From positions 1,280,001 to 1,344,000 of the forward strand of contig CAWHDR010000001.1 of assembly GCA_963828165.1 (NCBI GenBank): a stretch of DNA of 64,000 bases, given 5' to 3'. Positions 26,059-35,565 of this stretch are shown here, piece by piece. The position numbers and the translations under genes are program-made. The number at the start of each line of letters is the position of its first letter. Position 1 is the first letter of the stretch. The notes beneath the pieces were generated by a model. It was not told where the DNA came from and did no database searches. It worked only from the letters and a program-made list of their open reading frames with translations. The stretch comes from an uncultured Chloroflexia bacterium. Lineage in GTDB: Bacteria; Chloroflexota; Limnocylindria; Limnocylindrales; CSP1-4.

Positions 26059-26150
26059 GCGGGTCCTGTCGCCGGGAGGCTCCCGGCCTCCGCTCGCTGC
26101 GGCGCATGCGCCGGCGCTCGCTCCGCCGGAACCCTCCCGGCGCCACCCGC
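26059..26150. repeat. 92-nt structured intergenic repeat, copy 2 (mreB-PHP)
   Basis: Homologous to 23146-23237, with compensatory stem changes. Confidence 0.85.
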
Positions 26151-26212
26151 GGGCCTGACCGCCAGTCGCGATCGCTGTGGTCGGCGCTGCCCGGCGACAG
26201 GACCCCCGGCGC

Positions 26213-26905
26213 ATGACCAGGGCGTTCATCGACCTGCACTGCCATACGTCGGCTTCCTTCGACAGTCTGGCGCGGCCAGGTGACGTCGTCCGGGCGGCGG
26301 CCGAGCGGGGGCTGACCCATCTCGTCATCACCGACCACGATCGGATCGAGGGAGCGCTCGAGGCGCGTGATCTGGCTCCCTCCGGGCTGACCGTCATCAT
26401 CGGGGAAGAGGTCAGGACTGCGGACGGTGACCTCATCGCGGCGTACCTGGATCAGGTCGTTCAGCCCGGGATGTCGGCGCCCGACACCGTGGCGGCGGTG
26501 CACGAGCAAGGGGGCCTCGTCGGGATCCCGCACCCGTTCGATCGGCTGCGAGGTTCGATGCTCCTGGATCCGGAGATGTCGGCCGTGGTCGAGCTCGTCG
26601 ACTGGATCGAGATCCACAACGCCAGGCTCGTGGGCAGCGGAAACGAGCGCGCGGCCGTCCTGGCGAGAGAGCACGGGCTGGCCGGCGTCGCCGTATCGGA
26701 CGCGCATTCGGTCATGGAGGTCGGGGTCGCGTATACGGCCCTCGATGGCGACCCCTCCACGGCCGCCGGACTGCTCGCGGCGCTCGCCGGTGCAGAGAAC
26801 GTGTCCGGGCGAGCGAGCTACGCGGTCCGCCTGTGGACGCCGATCGCGAAGTCCGTGAATCGCCTTCGCGGCAACCGGCGGATCCAGCCCGGGGCGCGCG
26901 AATGA
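26213..26905 (+). CDS. PHP-domain metallophosphoesterase
   Basis: DLHCHT, ITDHD, GEE, PHP, SDAH. Confidence 0.9.
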   Translation: MTRAFIDLHCHTSASFDSLARPGDVVRAAAERGLTHLVITDHDRIEGALEARDLAPSGLTVIIGEEVRTADGDLIAAYLDQVVQPGMSAPDTVAAVHEQGGLVGIPHPFDRLRGSMLLDPEMSAVVELVDWIEIHNARLVGSGNERAAVLAREHGLAGVAVSDAHSVMEVGVAYTALDGDPSTAAGLLAALAGAENVSGRASYAVRLWTPIAKSVNRLRGNRRIQPGARE

Positions 26906-28140
26906 CGACCTCCCGCGGCCCGAACGGGGGCGAGCAGGACCATCGACCGATGGAAGCCGGGACCGGCAGCCCCGTACCGTCCGGGGACATGGAGTTGACC
27001 CCGACCCTCGACCCTCGCGCCCCGGTTCCGGGCGCGCCCGCCGCCCACCCGCCCGATCTGCCGCCCTACCCCGCGGTCACGACCGATCTCGAGCGTGAGC
27101 CCGATGCGGAGCAGATGTCGCTCGCGCGGCGCATGCGCCAGCCGCGAACCCTCATCTCGATCGCGGTCCCCGTTGCCGTCATCGCTGTCTTCCTGGCGAT
27201 CAACGGCGATCTGCTCGCCATCGTGCCCGGTCTCGTGCTCGCCGCGGACCCCCTCCTCGTGCTGGTGGCGTTCGCCGTGTTCTACCTTGGCTTCCCCATC
27301 CGCGGCAAGCGCTGGTCGCTCCTGCTGCGTGGCACGGGGATGCGCATCGGAACGAAGGACGCCACGGAGATCATCTTCCTGTCCTGGCTCGTCAATTGCG
27401 TGGTCCCGGCCAAGCTCGGCGACGTCTACCGGGCCTATCTCCTGAAGATCAACAGCACCGCGTCGCTGTCGAGGACCTTCGGGACGGTCTTCATCGAGCG
27501 CGTCCTGGACCTGTTCGCGATCGCGATCATTGGTCTCGCCGCCGGCTACTGGAGCTTCCGCAGCGGGCTGCCGCCCGCCATCCAGGTGGTGTTCGGGATC
27601 GGGGTCGCCGTCGTCGCCGCGCTCGCGGTCGGGCTGTTCACGATGCGGAACTTCGGCCGGCGGATCATCGTGGCCTTGCCGTTGCCGCATCAGTTGCGCG
27701 ACCTGTACGACCGGTTCGAGGAGGGCGTCTTCGGCGCCCTGGTGCCGCGCCAACTGCCCGTGTTGGGCGTGTTGACCGGCCTGATCTGGCTCACCGAGGG
27801 GCTTCGCCTGTTCCTCGTCGTGCAGGCGCTCGGATTCCCCGACGTGTCGCTCGGCCTGTCGGGCGCGATCTTCGTGGCGCTCATCGGCTCGCTGTTGACT
27901 GCCGTGCCCCTCAGCCCCGCGGGTCTTGGCATCGTCGAGGCCGGCGTGGTCGGTGTCCTGACCATCGCGTACGGCGTCCCGCTGCCGGAAGCGACCGCGA
28001 TCGCGCTGCTCGATCGGGTCATCAGCGTGTTCTCGATCATCGTGTTCGGATCGATCGCCTACGCGCTGTCGTCGAAACCGCGCGGGATGGGCCGGATCCC
28101 CGGACCTGCGGACGCCCCGGCACGCACCACGACAGCCTGA
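26902..28140 (+). CDS. lysylphosphatidylglycerol-synthase-TM / UPF0104 flippase-like membrane protein
   Basis: PAKLGDVYRAY, ERVLD, PAGLGIVEA, LLDR; about 8 TM segments. Confidence 0.85.
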   Translation: MTTSRGPNGGEQDHRPMEAGTGSPVPSGDMELTPTLDPRAPVPGAPAAHPPDLPPYPAVTTDLEREPDAEQMSLARRMRQPRTLISIAVPVAVIAVFLAINGDLLAIVPGLVLAADPLLVLVAFAVFYLGFPIRGKRWSLLLRGTGMRIGTKDATEIIFLSWLVNCVVPAKLGDVYRAYLLKINSTASLSRTFGTVFIERVLDLFAIAIIGLAAGYWSFRSGLPPAIQVVFGIGVAVVAALAVGLFTMRNFGRRIIVALPLPHQLRDLYDRFEEGVFGALVPRQLPVLGVLTGLIWLTEGLRLFLVVQALGFPDVSLGLSGAIFVALIGSLLTAVPLSPAGLGIVEAGVVGVLTIAYGVPLPEATAIALLDRVISVFSIIVFGSIAYALSSKPRGMGRIPGPADAPARTTTA

Positions 28141-28490
28141 GCGCGCTTCAGGACCATGTTCGGGCGTCCCAGACGCGATCGGCAAGCAAGACAGACCGTG
28201 CGTGGCCGTTCCGACCGTCACGCACCCGCAACGCCCCTTGCAACATCTGTTTTGCATCCGTGCGGTTCCAGGGGGCGTACCTTGGTCATGGCGGACCTCG
28301 CCCGGGGCACTGCGACGCACCGTCGTACACCGCACCGGAATCGACCGCTCCGTCCACGTGCGCGCCACGAACGCCCGGTACCAACGGGGGATACAGGCAG
28401 GTACCGGGCAACCGCATCATCGTGGCATCGAGTCACCCATCGATGGGTTCCAGACGCACGCGGACCAGCCGCTAGGAGCGCGCAGGCAAC

Positions 28491-29060
28491 ATGACCAGCC
28501 AGAACGGCCGAGCGTTCAACGAATGGCTTCGAGCCCAGCTCAAGGCCAAGAAGATGTCCCAGCGCCAGCTCGCCCAGCAGTCCGGCGTCGACCACTCGAC
28601 CATCTCCCGGCTGATCCGCGGTGACCGCATGCCGTCCCTTGGGACGGCCACGAAGCTCGCTCGCGGGCTCCGTGAGCTGCGTGACGACGCCGATACCCCC
28701 CAATACCTGGGTCTCGTCGCCTCCGGAGCCGCCAATCCGACCGCTCGCGTCGAGTACGCCTTGCGTGCCGACGAGCTTCTTTCGGAGCCGCAGGTCCGGC
28801 AGATCATGGAGTATTACCTCGCCGTTCGGATGCGACGCTTCGGGCGTGCGTACCCGTCAGGCTCCGGCACCGGCTCGAACGAGCACGGGAACGAACGATC
28901 GATGAGCTCGCCCAACGTCGGCGGCCGACCGATGTCGGCCGGAGGCACCAACGGTGGCCGTACCGGTGGGCCGCTGCCGAGCGTCGGCGGAACGGCCACG
29001 GCAGTCAGTACCGTCCGCACGGTCACCCGTGGCACGGGCCGCGAGTCGGGCCGCTACTAA
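28491..29060 (+). CDS. XRE-family helix-turn-helix regulator
   Basis: MSQRQLAQQSGVDHSTISRLIRGDRMPS; AGGAG RBS; Gly/Ser/Thr-rich tail. Confidence 0.85.
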   Translation: MTSQNGRAFNEWLRAQLKAKKMSQRQLAQQSGVDHSTISRLIRGDRMPSLGTATKLARGLRELRDDADTPQYLGLVASGAANPTARVEYALRADELLSEPQVRQIMEYYLAVRMRRFGRAYPSGSGTGSNEHGNERSMSSPNVGGRPMSAGGTNGGRTGGPLPSVGGTATAVSTVRTVTRGTGRESGRY

Positions 29061-29075
29061 GCATTTCCAGGGCTC

Positions 29076-29146
29076 GACCCGGACTGCCCTCCACCGTCCG
29101 GGTCTCGGGGACTGCGAACGCCGGCGTCTGGGGCGCCGGCGTTCGC
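29076..29146. terminator. tandem hairpins between convergent genes
   Basis: GACCCGGAC...GTCCGGGTC and GCGAACGCCGGCG...CGCCGGCGTTCGC. Confidence 0.6.
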
Positions 29147-29149
29147 GAT

Positions 29150-30757
29150 TCACGCGGGATCCAGTGCCGGTCCGTAGACCGAGACGAACCGGTCGGGAGC
29201 GGCCTCGAACCGTTCCAGCAGCGGTCCCCACGTCCCGCCGCCGGCATCCGGCGTCACGGTCGTCTCGGCAGGGCCGCCGCACGGCGCGCCGGTCACCTCC
29301 CGGAACCGGTCGTCGCACAGGAGCACCAGGCCGTCGAACGCCCCGAATGAGGTCACCGCGGCGGGGTCGAGGCTGCCCGGGGCCACGCCCTTCGGCACGT
29401 CACCCAGGTAGAGACGCCCGAGGCGGGCCAGCGGATAGACCATGGCCTCGGTCGACTTGAAGTCGGGTACCGACTGGAGCCGGATCGCATCCGAGCGCTC
29501 CACGCCGGCCGCGGTCAGGACCGCGTCGACGCGCGCGCCGGCCGCCTCCCCCGCCGGAAAGCCGCCGTCGGGATGGATGGCGGGCGGCAGGTGGGCCAGG
29601 TTCCAGCTCAAGAAGGCCACCACGCCGGCACCGGCCAGGATCGGACCGATCGTGCGGGCAGGCGTGTGCCCGCTCCGGGTCGGAACGGCCGCAGTGAGCG
29701 CCGCAGCCCCGAGTCCGACCAGCGTGAAGACCATGGGGTCCGCGAACGCGTGGTAATGATCGTTGGGCAGTCCGGGAACGATCGAGGCCAGGCTCGGTGC
29801 CGTGACCGTGAGAAAGGCCGTCGACCAGAGAAGTCCGAGGCCAAGCCACCGAGCGGCCAGCCGATCCGGGCCATCCACGCGTGATCGCCAGACCGCGATC
29901 GCGATGACGACGGCGCTCGCCACCACGCCGGCAAGGAAGCCGTCCGTGAGGAGTCCGGTCAACGGCCAGCTCAGCAGCCGGAGCCCCACGATCACGAATC
30001 GCACGGGGAGCGCCGTCTCGCTGCCCGCCCGGCCCGCGGCCAGGTACTCGAGCGCCGCTCGCAGCTCCGAGCCACCCGTCGTCAGCTCGCTGACGAGCAA
30101 CGGCACGTAAGCCACGGCGAAGATCACGATGATCCCAACGTGCACTCGCCCGAGAGCGCGGCGTCTCGCATCGAGCACATAGGGCACCGCGACGACCGGC
30201 AGCAGTGCGATGCCAAGGACGTGACATTGCATGGTGATGGCAGTCCCGACAGCTGCCAGCAGCCACCAGCGACGATCGTGCCCGTTCCAGGCCCGCCACG
30301 CACCGGCCAGGGCCAACGCGCTCGACAGCGCGATCAGGTTGGGGTTCCAGATGAACGTCGACTCATCGATCGCCGCGCCGGACATGGCGGCGGCGAGGCC
30401 CGCGACGGCCCCCGCAACTGGCCCGCCGATGTCGCGCGCAAGCCACCACACGACCCCTACCGCGGCGATGCCTGCCAGCGCGATCAGGGCGACCACCGCG
30501 AGCGGCGAGTCACCACCGGTGACGGCGGCGGCCGGGCTCAGGAGGTAGTAGTACCACGCTCCATGGTGCACGTCTCCGATCGACGTCGGCGGCCCGAGCA
30601 GTGGCACGATCCCGTCCTGGACCAGTGCTCGAAGCGTGAGCATGTCGTGGCCCTGGTCCGCTTCCCACGTGCCGCGCGTCGGCAGGTTGACCAGGCGCAT
30701 GGCCGCCGCCACCGCCAGGAGCACGGGGAGGGTGTACCGATCCAGGCGGTCCCTCAC
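29150..30757 (-). CDS. GT-C fold glycosyltransferase (ArnT/GT39-like)
   Basis: About 11 TM segments; early loop WEADQGHD, LLGP, YYY, WNPN; GTGA overlap with the nfo stop. Confidence 0.75.
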   Translation of the reverse strand: MRDRLDRYTLPVLLAVAAAMRLVNLPTRGTWEADQGHDMLTLRALVQDGIVPLLGPPTSIGDVHHGAWYYYLLSPAAAVTGGDSPLAVVALIALAGIAAVGVVWWLARDIGGPVAGAVAGLAAAMSGAAIDESTFIWNPNLIALSSALALAGAWRAWNGHDRRWWLLAAVGTAITMQCHVLGIALLPVVAVPYVLDARRRALGRVHVGIIVIFAVAYVPLLVSELTTGGSELRAALEYLAAGRAGSETALPVRFVIVGLRLLSWPLTGLLTDGFLAGVVASAVVIAIAVWRSRVDGPDRLAARWLGLGLLWSTAFLTVTAPSLASIVPGLPNDHYHAFADPMVFTLVGLGAAALTAAVPTRSGHTPARTIGPILAGAGVVAFLSWNLAHLPPAIHPDGGFPAGEAAGARVDAVLTAAGVERSDAIRLQSVPDFKSTEAMVYPLARLGRLYLGDVPKGVAPGSLDPAAVTSFGAFDGLVLLCDDRFREVTGAPCGGPAETTVTPDAGGGTWGPLLERFEAAPDRFVSVYGPALDPA

Positions 30758-31743
30758 GCTGGCGCCGTGCGCGCCTTGGCGCTGCCTCGCAGCTGAAAGG
30801 CCCCATCCGGCAGGGGCTCCAGCGGCCGACCCGCGGCCAGGGCCCGGGCACGCCGCATGTTGATCGCGTCGTAGCCCTCGTCCATGCCCGGCGTCTCCAG
30901 GATGAACGTCGCGTGCGCCAGGCCGGGGTGACACAGGACATGCGAGAGGCCCGCCGGCCCGATCCGTCCCGCGCCCAGGTGCTCGTGCCGGTCCGTGCGG
31001 GAGCCGCGCTCGGATCGCGAGTCGTTGAGGTGGACCATGACCAGACGGCGCAGCCCGATCCGGTGATCGATGTCGACCAACAGGTCGTCGATCGCCGCCG
31101 GCGAGCCCATGTCGATCCCGGCCCCCCAGGCATGTGCGGTATCCAGGCAGAAGCCGACCCGCTCATCCGTGATCCCGAGCGCGGAGACCGCCGCCGCGAT
31201 CCCCGCGAGCTCATCGACGCTCGTGCCCAGGCCGCCGCCGCTGCCGGCCGAGTTCTCGAGCACGAGCATCGTCGGACGGGCTGCCCTTGCATCGCCCGCG
31301 GGCGAGTCTTCGGAAGGTGAGGCCTCGTCGACGGCGCGCAGCGTCCGGTAGATGCCGTCGGCGAGTCGCTGGATGCCGGCCGTGACCCCGAGGCCCAGGT
31401 GGGAGCCGATGTGCACGTTCACGTAGCTGGCCCCGAACGTGGATGCGTGCCGAAGCTCGTGGGCGAGGAGGTCGACCGAGCGTTCGAAGAATTCGGGATG
31501 CGACCCGGCGAGGTTGACCAGGTAGGACGCGTGGATCGACACGGGCCCGATGCGGTGTTCGCGCAACCGCTCCCGGAAGGCGGCCAGCTCTGGTGGGGGT
31601 TCGGCACGTCGTTTCCAGGCCGTCGGGTTGTCGGTGAAGATCTGCAGCGCGTCCGCGCCGATCTCGTGCGCACGGTCGACCGCCTTGACCATGCCGGTCG
31701 CGAGGGGCAGGTGCGCACCGATCCGCCGGCCTTCGGGGAACAT
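30754..31743 (-). CDS. nfo: endonuclease IV
   Basis: IGAH, HASYLVNL, HIGS, LENSAG, DTAH, HLNDS, DRHEH, ILETP. Confidence 0.95.
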   Translation of the reverse strand: MFPEGRRIGAHLPLATGMVKAVDRAHEIGADALQIFTDNPTAWKRRAEPPPELAAFRERLREHRIGPVSIHASYLVNLAGSHPEFFERSVDLLAHELRHASTFGASYVNVHIGSHLGLGVTAGIQRLADGIYRTLRAVDEASPSEDSPAGDARAARPTMLVLENSAGSGGGLGTSVDELAGIAAAVSALGITDERVGFCLDTAHAWGAGIDMGSPAAIDDLLVDIDHRIGLRRLVMVHLNDSRSERGSRTDRHEHLGAGRIGPAGLSHVLCHPGLAHATFILETPGMDEGYDAINMRRARALAAGRPLEPLPDGAFQLRGSAKARTAPA

Positions 31744-31793
31744 GGGCCGCATCGTACGCTGGAGGGGGCCCTGACCGGGCCTGCGTGAATCGC

Positions 31794-32426
31794 TCAGCGT
31801 CCCTCGCCCGTGCGCCCGTACGAGCGGTCACCCGGCTCGCGGCCGTTCCCGTGCTGGCGCCCGGTCGCGTAGTCGCCGCCGATCACCGGCTCGATCATGC
31901 CCAGATCGCCATCGTCGCGGGCGTACAGGATGGCGATCCGCTCGGTCTCGGCGTTCACGAACACGAAGAAGCGGTGCCCGAGCTCGTCCATCGTCGCGGC
32001 CGCGTCCTCCTCGAACATCGGCTCGATGGCGAAGCGCTTGGTCTTCACGATCCGACGTTCGTGCCCAGGTTCCCGGGTCCCGTCGGCCAGGGACCGCAGG
32101 ATGCGCTTCTCCTCCTCGGGCCGGGCCCGAAGTCGTGGCTTCGACTTGTGGTCGACGGCCTGGCGTTCGACCTTGTCGACCACCTCGTCGAGCGCGGCCT
32201 GGTAGCTGATGCCGACCGCGTGGCTACGCAGAGTGCGCCCGTCGATGACGAGCGTGACCTCGGCGATGTGCGCGTCCGAGGCGCTCTTGTGCGTCTCGTT
32301 GGAGAACTCGACGATCGCATCGGTCCGGTCGTCAAGGAGGCGTTCGAGCCGGCGGAGCTTGCGCTCGGTGTAGTCGCGAACCCGCTCCGGGACCTCGATA
32401 TTCTTGCCCTTCACGATGGTCCGCAT
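31794..32426 (-). CDS. hpf: ribosome hibernation promoting factor (long HPF)
   Basis: IVKGKNIEV...KLRRLER; C-terminal IVKTKRF..EPM..EDA...M..LGHRFFVF. Confidence 0.93.
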   Translation of the reverse strand: MRTIVKGKNIEVPERVRDYTERKLRRLERLLDDRTDAIVEFSNETHKSASDAHIAEVTLVIDGRTLRSHAVGISYQAALDEVVDKVERQAVDHKSKPRLRARPEEEKRILRSLADGTREPGHERRIVKTKRFAIEPMFEEDAAATMDELGHRFFVFVNAETERIAILYARDDGDLGMIEPVIGGDYATGRQHGNGREPGDRSYGRTGEGR

Positions 32427-32479
32427 GCTCACCTCCGGGTTCGAGCGTCGGACATCGAGTATAGCCGCGACCCGGTCGA

Positions 32480-33157
32480 TCAACGCTCGCGAGCCACCGT
32501 GATGGCCGAGATGCCCACGGCCCCGGCGGCATCGAGCGCCTCGGCGCACGCGGCCAGGGTCGCGCCGGTGGTGACGACGTCGTCGACGAGAAGGACCCAG
32601 TGCCCGACCGGGCCATCGCCGGGCTCCTGGTCCGCCACGAAGGCGCCCGCGACATTGGCGGCCCGATCGCTTCTGTCGAGGTCGAACTGGGCGATCGTGG
32701 CCCGCTCCCGGCGTACGCGCGCGGCGTACGGCAGCCCAAGGTGGCGGGCGGCGACACGCGCGATGAGCTCGGCCTGGTCGTAGCCGCGGGTGCGGGCACG
32801 GGCTGCATGGACGGGAACATGCGTGACGAGGTCCGCCCCCACGCCGATCCGCTTCCAGCGACGCGCGATCGCTGCCCCCAGAGGTTCGGCGAGCCGTTGC
32901 TCTCCCGAGTACTTGATGGCGTGGAGCGCCGCACGGACCGTTCCACTGAACGGCGCGCACCAGTCGAGTTGCAGGAGCGGAGCCGGGAGATCGCCCGGGA
33001 GCCCGATCGCGGCGCCAGGCGGCGCGTCGAGCCTGCCGTCCAGTGCGGGAGCGCACATCTTGCAGAGCGGCGGTCCCTCACGCCCGCAGCCGACGCAGGC
33101 AGCCGGGAGCGCCGCATCGAGCGCCTGCGTCGCCGCCCGCCGAACGAGATCGATCAC
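32480..33157 (-). CDS. comF: ComF family protein (Zn ribbon + PRTase-like)
   Basis: CVGC..CKMC, RGYDQA, LLVDDVVTTGAT. Confidence 0.92.
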   Translation of the reverse strand: MIDLVRRAATQALDAALPAACVGCGREGPPLCKMCAPALDGRLDAPPGAAIGLPGDLPAPLLQLDWCAPFSGTVRAALHAIKYSGEQRLAEPLGAAIARRWKRIGVGADLVTHVPVHAARARTRGYDQAELIARVAARHLGLPYAARVRRERATIAQFDLDRSDRAANVAGAFVADQEPGDGPVGHWVLLVDDVVTTGATLAACAEALDAAGAVGISAITVARER

Positions 33158-33206
33158 GGCCCGAGGATGAGGAATCGGGCTTATCCGCGGCTCACCTCTG
33201 GCGAGG

Positions 33207-33578
33207 TCAGGACAGCTGGACGAGGTCCCCAGGCTGCGTCCCGGACGCCTCGATCGTCCCGACCGGTAGCTCCAGCACGCCGTGCGCGCCGCGGACGAAC
33301 GGCACGAGCCCTGTCCACGCGCGCAGGCCCTGATGGACGGACGCGACGGGCCGGACCAGCGGGTCGTCGGCCGTCGGCCGCCCGACGAAGACGGCGTCGA
33401 TCGGGAACTTCATGAACATCATGTGGATGCCGTTCGAATCGGGCAGCCACAGGCCGGTTCCCTCGTCGAGCGAGGACCGGCCCATCAGGCCCATGAACTT
33501 CTGCCACAGCGATCCTGCGACCTCCAGCCGGGAGGCCAGGACCGTGTCGCGCGTGAGATTCCGAGCGCCGAGCCCCAT
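33207..33578 (-). CDS. DUF192 protein
   Basis: GLMGR, IHMMFMKFPIDAVF, VLELPVG. Confidence 0.88.
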   Translation of the reverse strand: MGLGARNLTRDTVLASRLEVAGSLWQKFMGLMGRSSLDEGTGLWLPDSNGIHMMFMKFPIDAVFVGRPTADDPLVRPVASVHQGLRAWTGLVPFVRGAHGVLELPVGTIEASGTQPGDLVQLS

Positions 33579-33587
33579 GATGGACGC

Positions 33588-34523
33588 TCAGACTCCGGCC
33601 AGATTCACCATGATCAGGATGATGGCCGGGCCCAGGATGACGATGAACAGCGAGGGAAAGATGCACCCGACGAGCGGGAACAGCATCTTGATCGGGGCCT
33701 TCGCGGCCATTTCCTCAGCCCGCTGCCGACGCTCGATACGGAGCTGCTCGGACTGGACCTGGAGGACCTTCGAGATCGACACACCGAGCTGCTCGGCCTG
33801 GATGATCGCACCGATGAAGTTCGTCAGCGGCCCGACCTCGGTGCGAGCCACGATGTCCCGAAGGGCGTCGCGACGCGCCTTGCCGACGCGGACCTCAGCG
33901 AGGGCCCGACGGAACTCGTCCGACAGCGGCCCCTGGAGCTTCTCGACCACCTTGGCCAGCGCGGCGTCGAAGCCGAGGCCGGCGCGGACGGAAATCGTCA
34001 GCAGGTCGAGGGCATCCGGGATCATCAGGAGGATGGCCTTCTGGCGCTTCTTGACGCGCCCGCCGAGCCAGAACTCCGGGATCGTGTAGCCCAGCAGGGC
34101 CCCGATGACGCCGAAGCCCGCACCGATCGCGAACGGGAAGCCAAGGATGCCGACGATCGCGAACAGGAAGAAGAACAGGATCGCGAAGATGATCGCGGAG
34201 ATGGCCTTGATGCCGAGCCAATCCGAGGTGCGCAGGTCGCCCGGGTTGCCGGCGAGCGCGAGGCGTTTCTCCGTCTTCTCCGTGAAGGACGTTGATGCCA
34301 CCCGCGACATCCGACCCGACAGGCCGGCCGCCAGCGGCCGCAGGGTCCGCTCGATGAACGGTGCCTGCAGCTCGAGCTCCTCGAGGTTCTTCGCCTGCAT
34401 GGTCCCGAGCTGGGTCAGGCGAGCCTGGACCGGGTCCACGGGCGCACTGCCCCCAAGCCCCAGCACGATCAGGAGGATCGCACCGGCTGCGAGGGCGGCG
34501 ACCGCGATGGGCAGGATTTCCAT
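33588..34523 (-). CDS. tadC: Tad pilus assembly platform protein TadC (T2SSF family)
   Basis: PDALDLLTISVRAGLGFD, AEEMAAKAPIKMLFPL. Confidence 0.92.
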   Translation of the reverse strand: MEILPIAVAALAAGAILLIVLGLGGSAPVDPVQARLTQLGTMQAKNLEELELQAPFIERTLRPLAAGLSGRMSRVASTSFTEKTEKRLALAGNPGDLRTSDWLGIKAISAIIFAILFFFLFAIVGILGFPFAIGAGFGVIGALLGYTIPEFWLGGRVKKRQKAILLMIPDALDLLTISVRAGLGFDAALAKVVEKLQGPLSDEFRRALAEVRVGKARRDALRDIVARTEVGPLTNFIGAIIQAEQLGVSISKVLQVQSEQLRIERRQRAEEMAAKAPIKMLFPLVGCIFPSLFIVILGPAIILIMVNLAGV

Positions 34524-34527
34524 TCGA

Positions 34528-35541
34528 CTAGACCTCGATGTCCACGATCTTGCGGATGAGCATGAAGCCGATGAACATCATGAATCCGCCGAAGATCAGG
34601 ATCACAACGCCGGCCGGGAGGCCCAGGACGGCAGGTGGGTTGAGGAACATCGGTTCCATGAAGTTGGGCGCGGCGATGAACAGGAAGCCGGCGAGCGCGA
34701 TCGGCAGGAAGCCGACGACGTAGCCTGATAGACGCTGCTGCGCCGTCAGGGTCCGGATCTCGCCCTTGATGCGTACTCGCTCGCGGATGGTGTAGGCGAT
34801 CGAGTCCAGGATCTCGGCGAGGTTGCCGCCGACCTGGTGCTGGATGGAGATGGCCGTGGCCATGAGCTCGAGGTCGTCCGACCGCACGCGGCGGACCATG
34901 TTCTCGAGCGCCTGCTCGAACGGCAGACCCAGGTTCACTTCGCGGATGACCCGACCGAACTCGGTCGAGACCGGCGGGCGAGATTCGCGCACCACGAGCT
35001 CGATGGCCTGCAGGAACGACGAACCCGCGCGCAGCGCGTTGGCGATCAGCGTGATGGTGTCCGGCAGCTGCTTGTTGAAGGCGTTCAAGCGGCCACTCTT
35101 CCGACGGCCGAGCCAGAAGCGCGGCAGCATGAAGCCGATCAGCGCTCCGATGAGCAGCATGAGGGGCGAGTGGAGTGCGGGCATGAAGAACCCGAAGATG
35201 ATCATCACCACGGGCACGGCGACGATCGACCCTCCCCAGATCATGAGGAACTCGGAAGGCTTGAGCTTCAGGTCCGCGCGCGCGATGTCGCGCGCCAGGT
35301 TGGCCCCGAAGTCGCGACCTTCGACGACCTTGTTCAGGCTCGCGAGTGCCTGGCTCTGGGCGATCAGGTCGCTGATCGGTCCCTGCCCGGTGGAGGCAAC
35401 GGCCGCGCCCTCGGCCCGCCCGGACGCATAGCGCTCGAGGCGGTCCGAGATGCCGGATCGTCCGGAGCTGGCGACCCCGACCGCGATCAGCAGGATGGCC
35501 AGGGCGGCCACTCCGGCCACCGCCAGCGTCATGGGTTCCAC
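34528..35541 (-). CDS. tadB: Tad pilus assembly platform protein TadB
   Basis: QLPD...LRAG, GGNLAEIL, LTAQQRLS. Confidence 0.92.
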   Translation of the reverse strand: MEPMTLAVAGVAALAILLIAVGVASSGRSGISDRLERYASGRAEGAAVASTGQGPISDLIAQSQALASLNKVVEGRDFGANLARDIARADLKLKPSEFLMIWGGSIVAVPVVMIIFGFFMPALHSPLMLLIGALIGFMLPRFWLGRRKSGRLNAFNKQLPDTITLIANALRAGSSFLQAIELVVRESRPPVSTEFGRVIREVNLGLPFEQALENMVRRVRSDDLELMATAISIQHQVGGNLAEILDSIAYTIRERVRIKGEIRTLTAQQRLSGYVVGFLPIALAGFLFIAAPNFMEPMFLNPPAVLGLPAGVVILIFGGFMMFIGFMLIRKIVDIEV

Positions 35542-35565
35542 GGTCGGTCTCTCCTCTTCCGCGTC

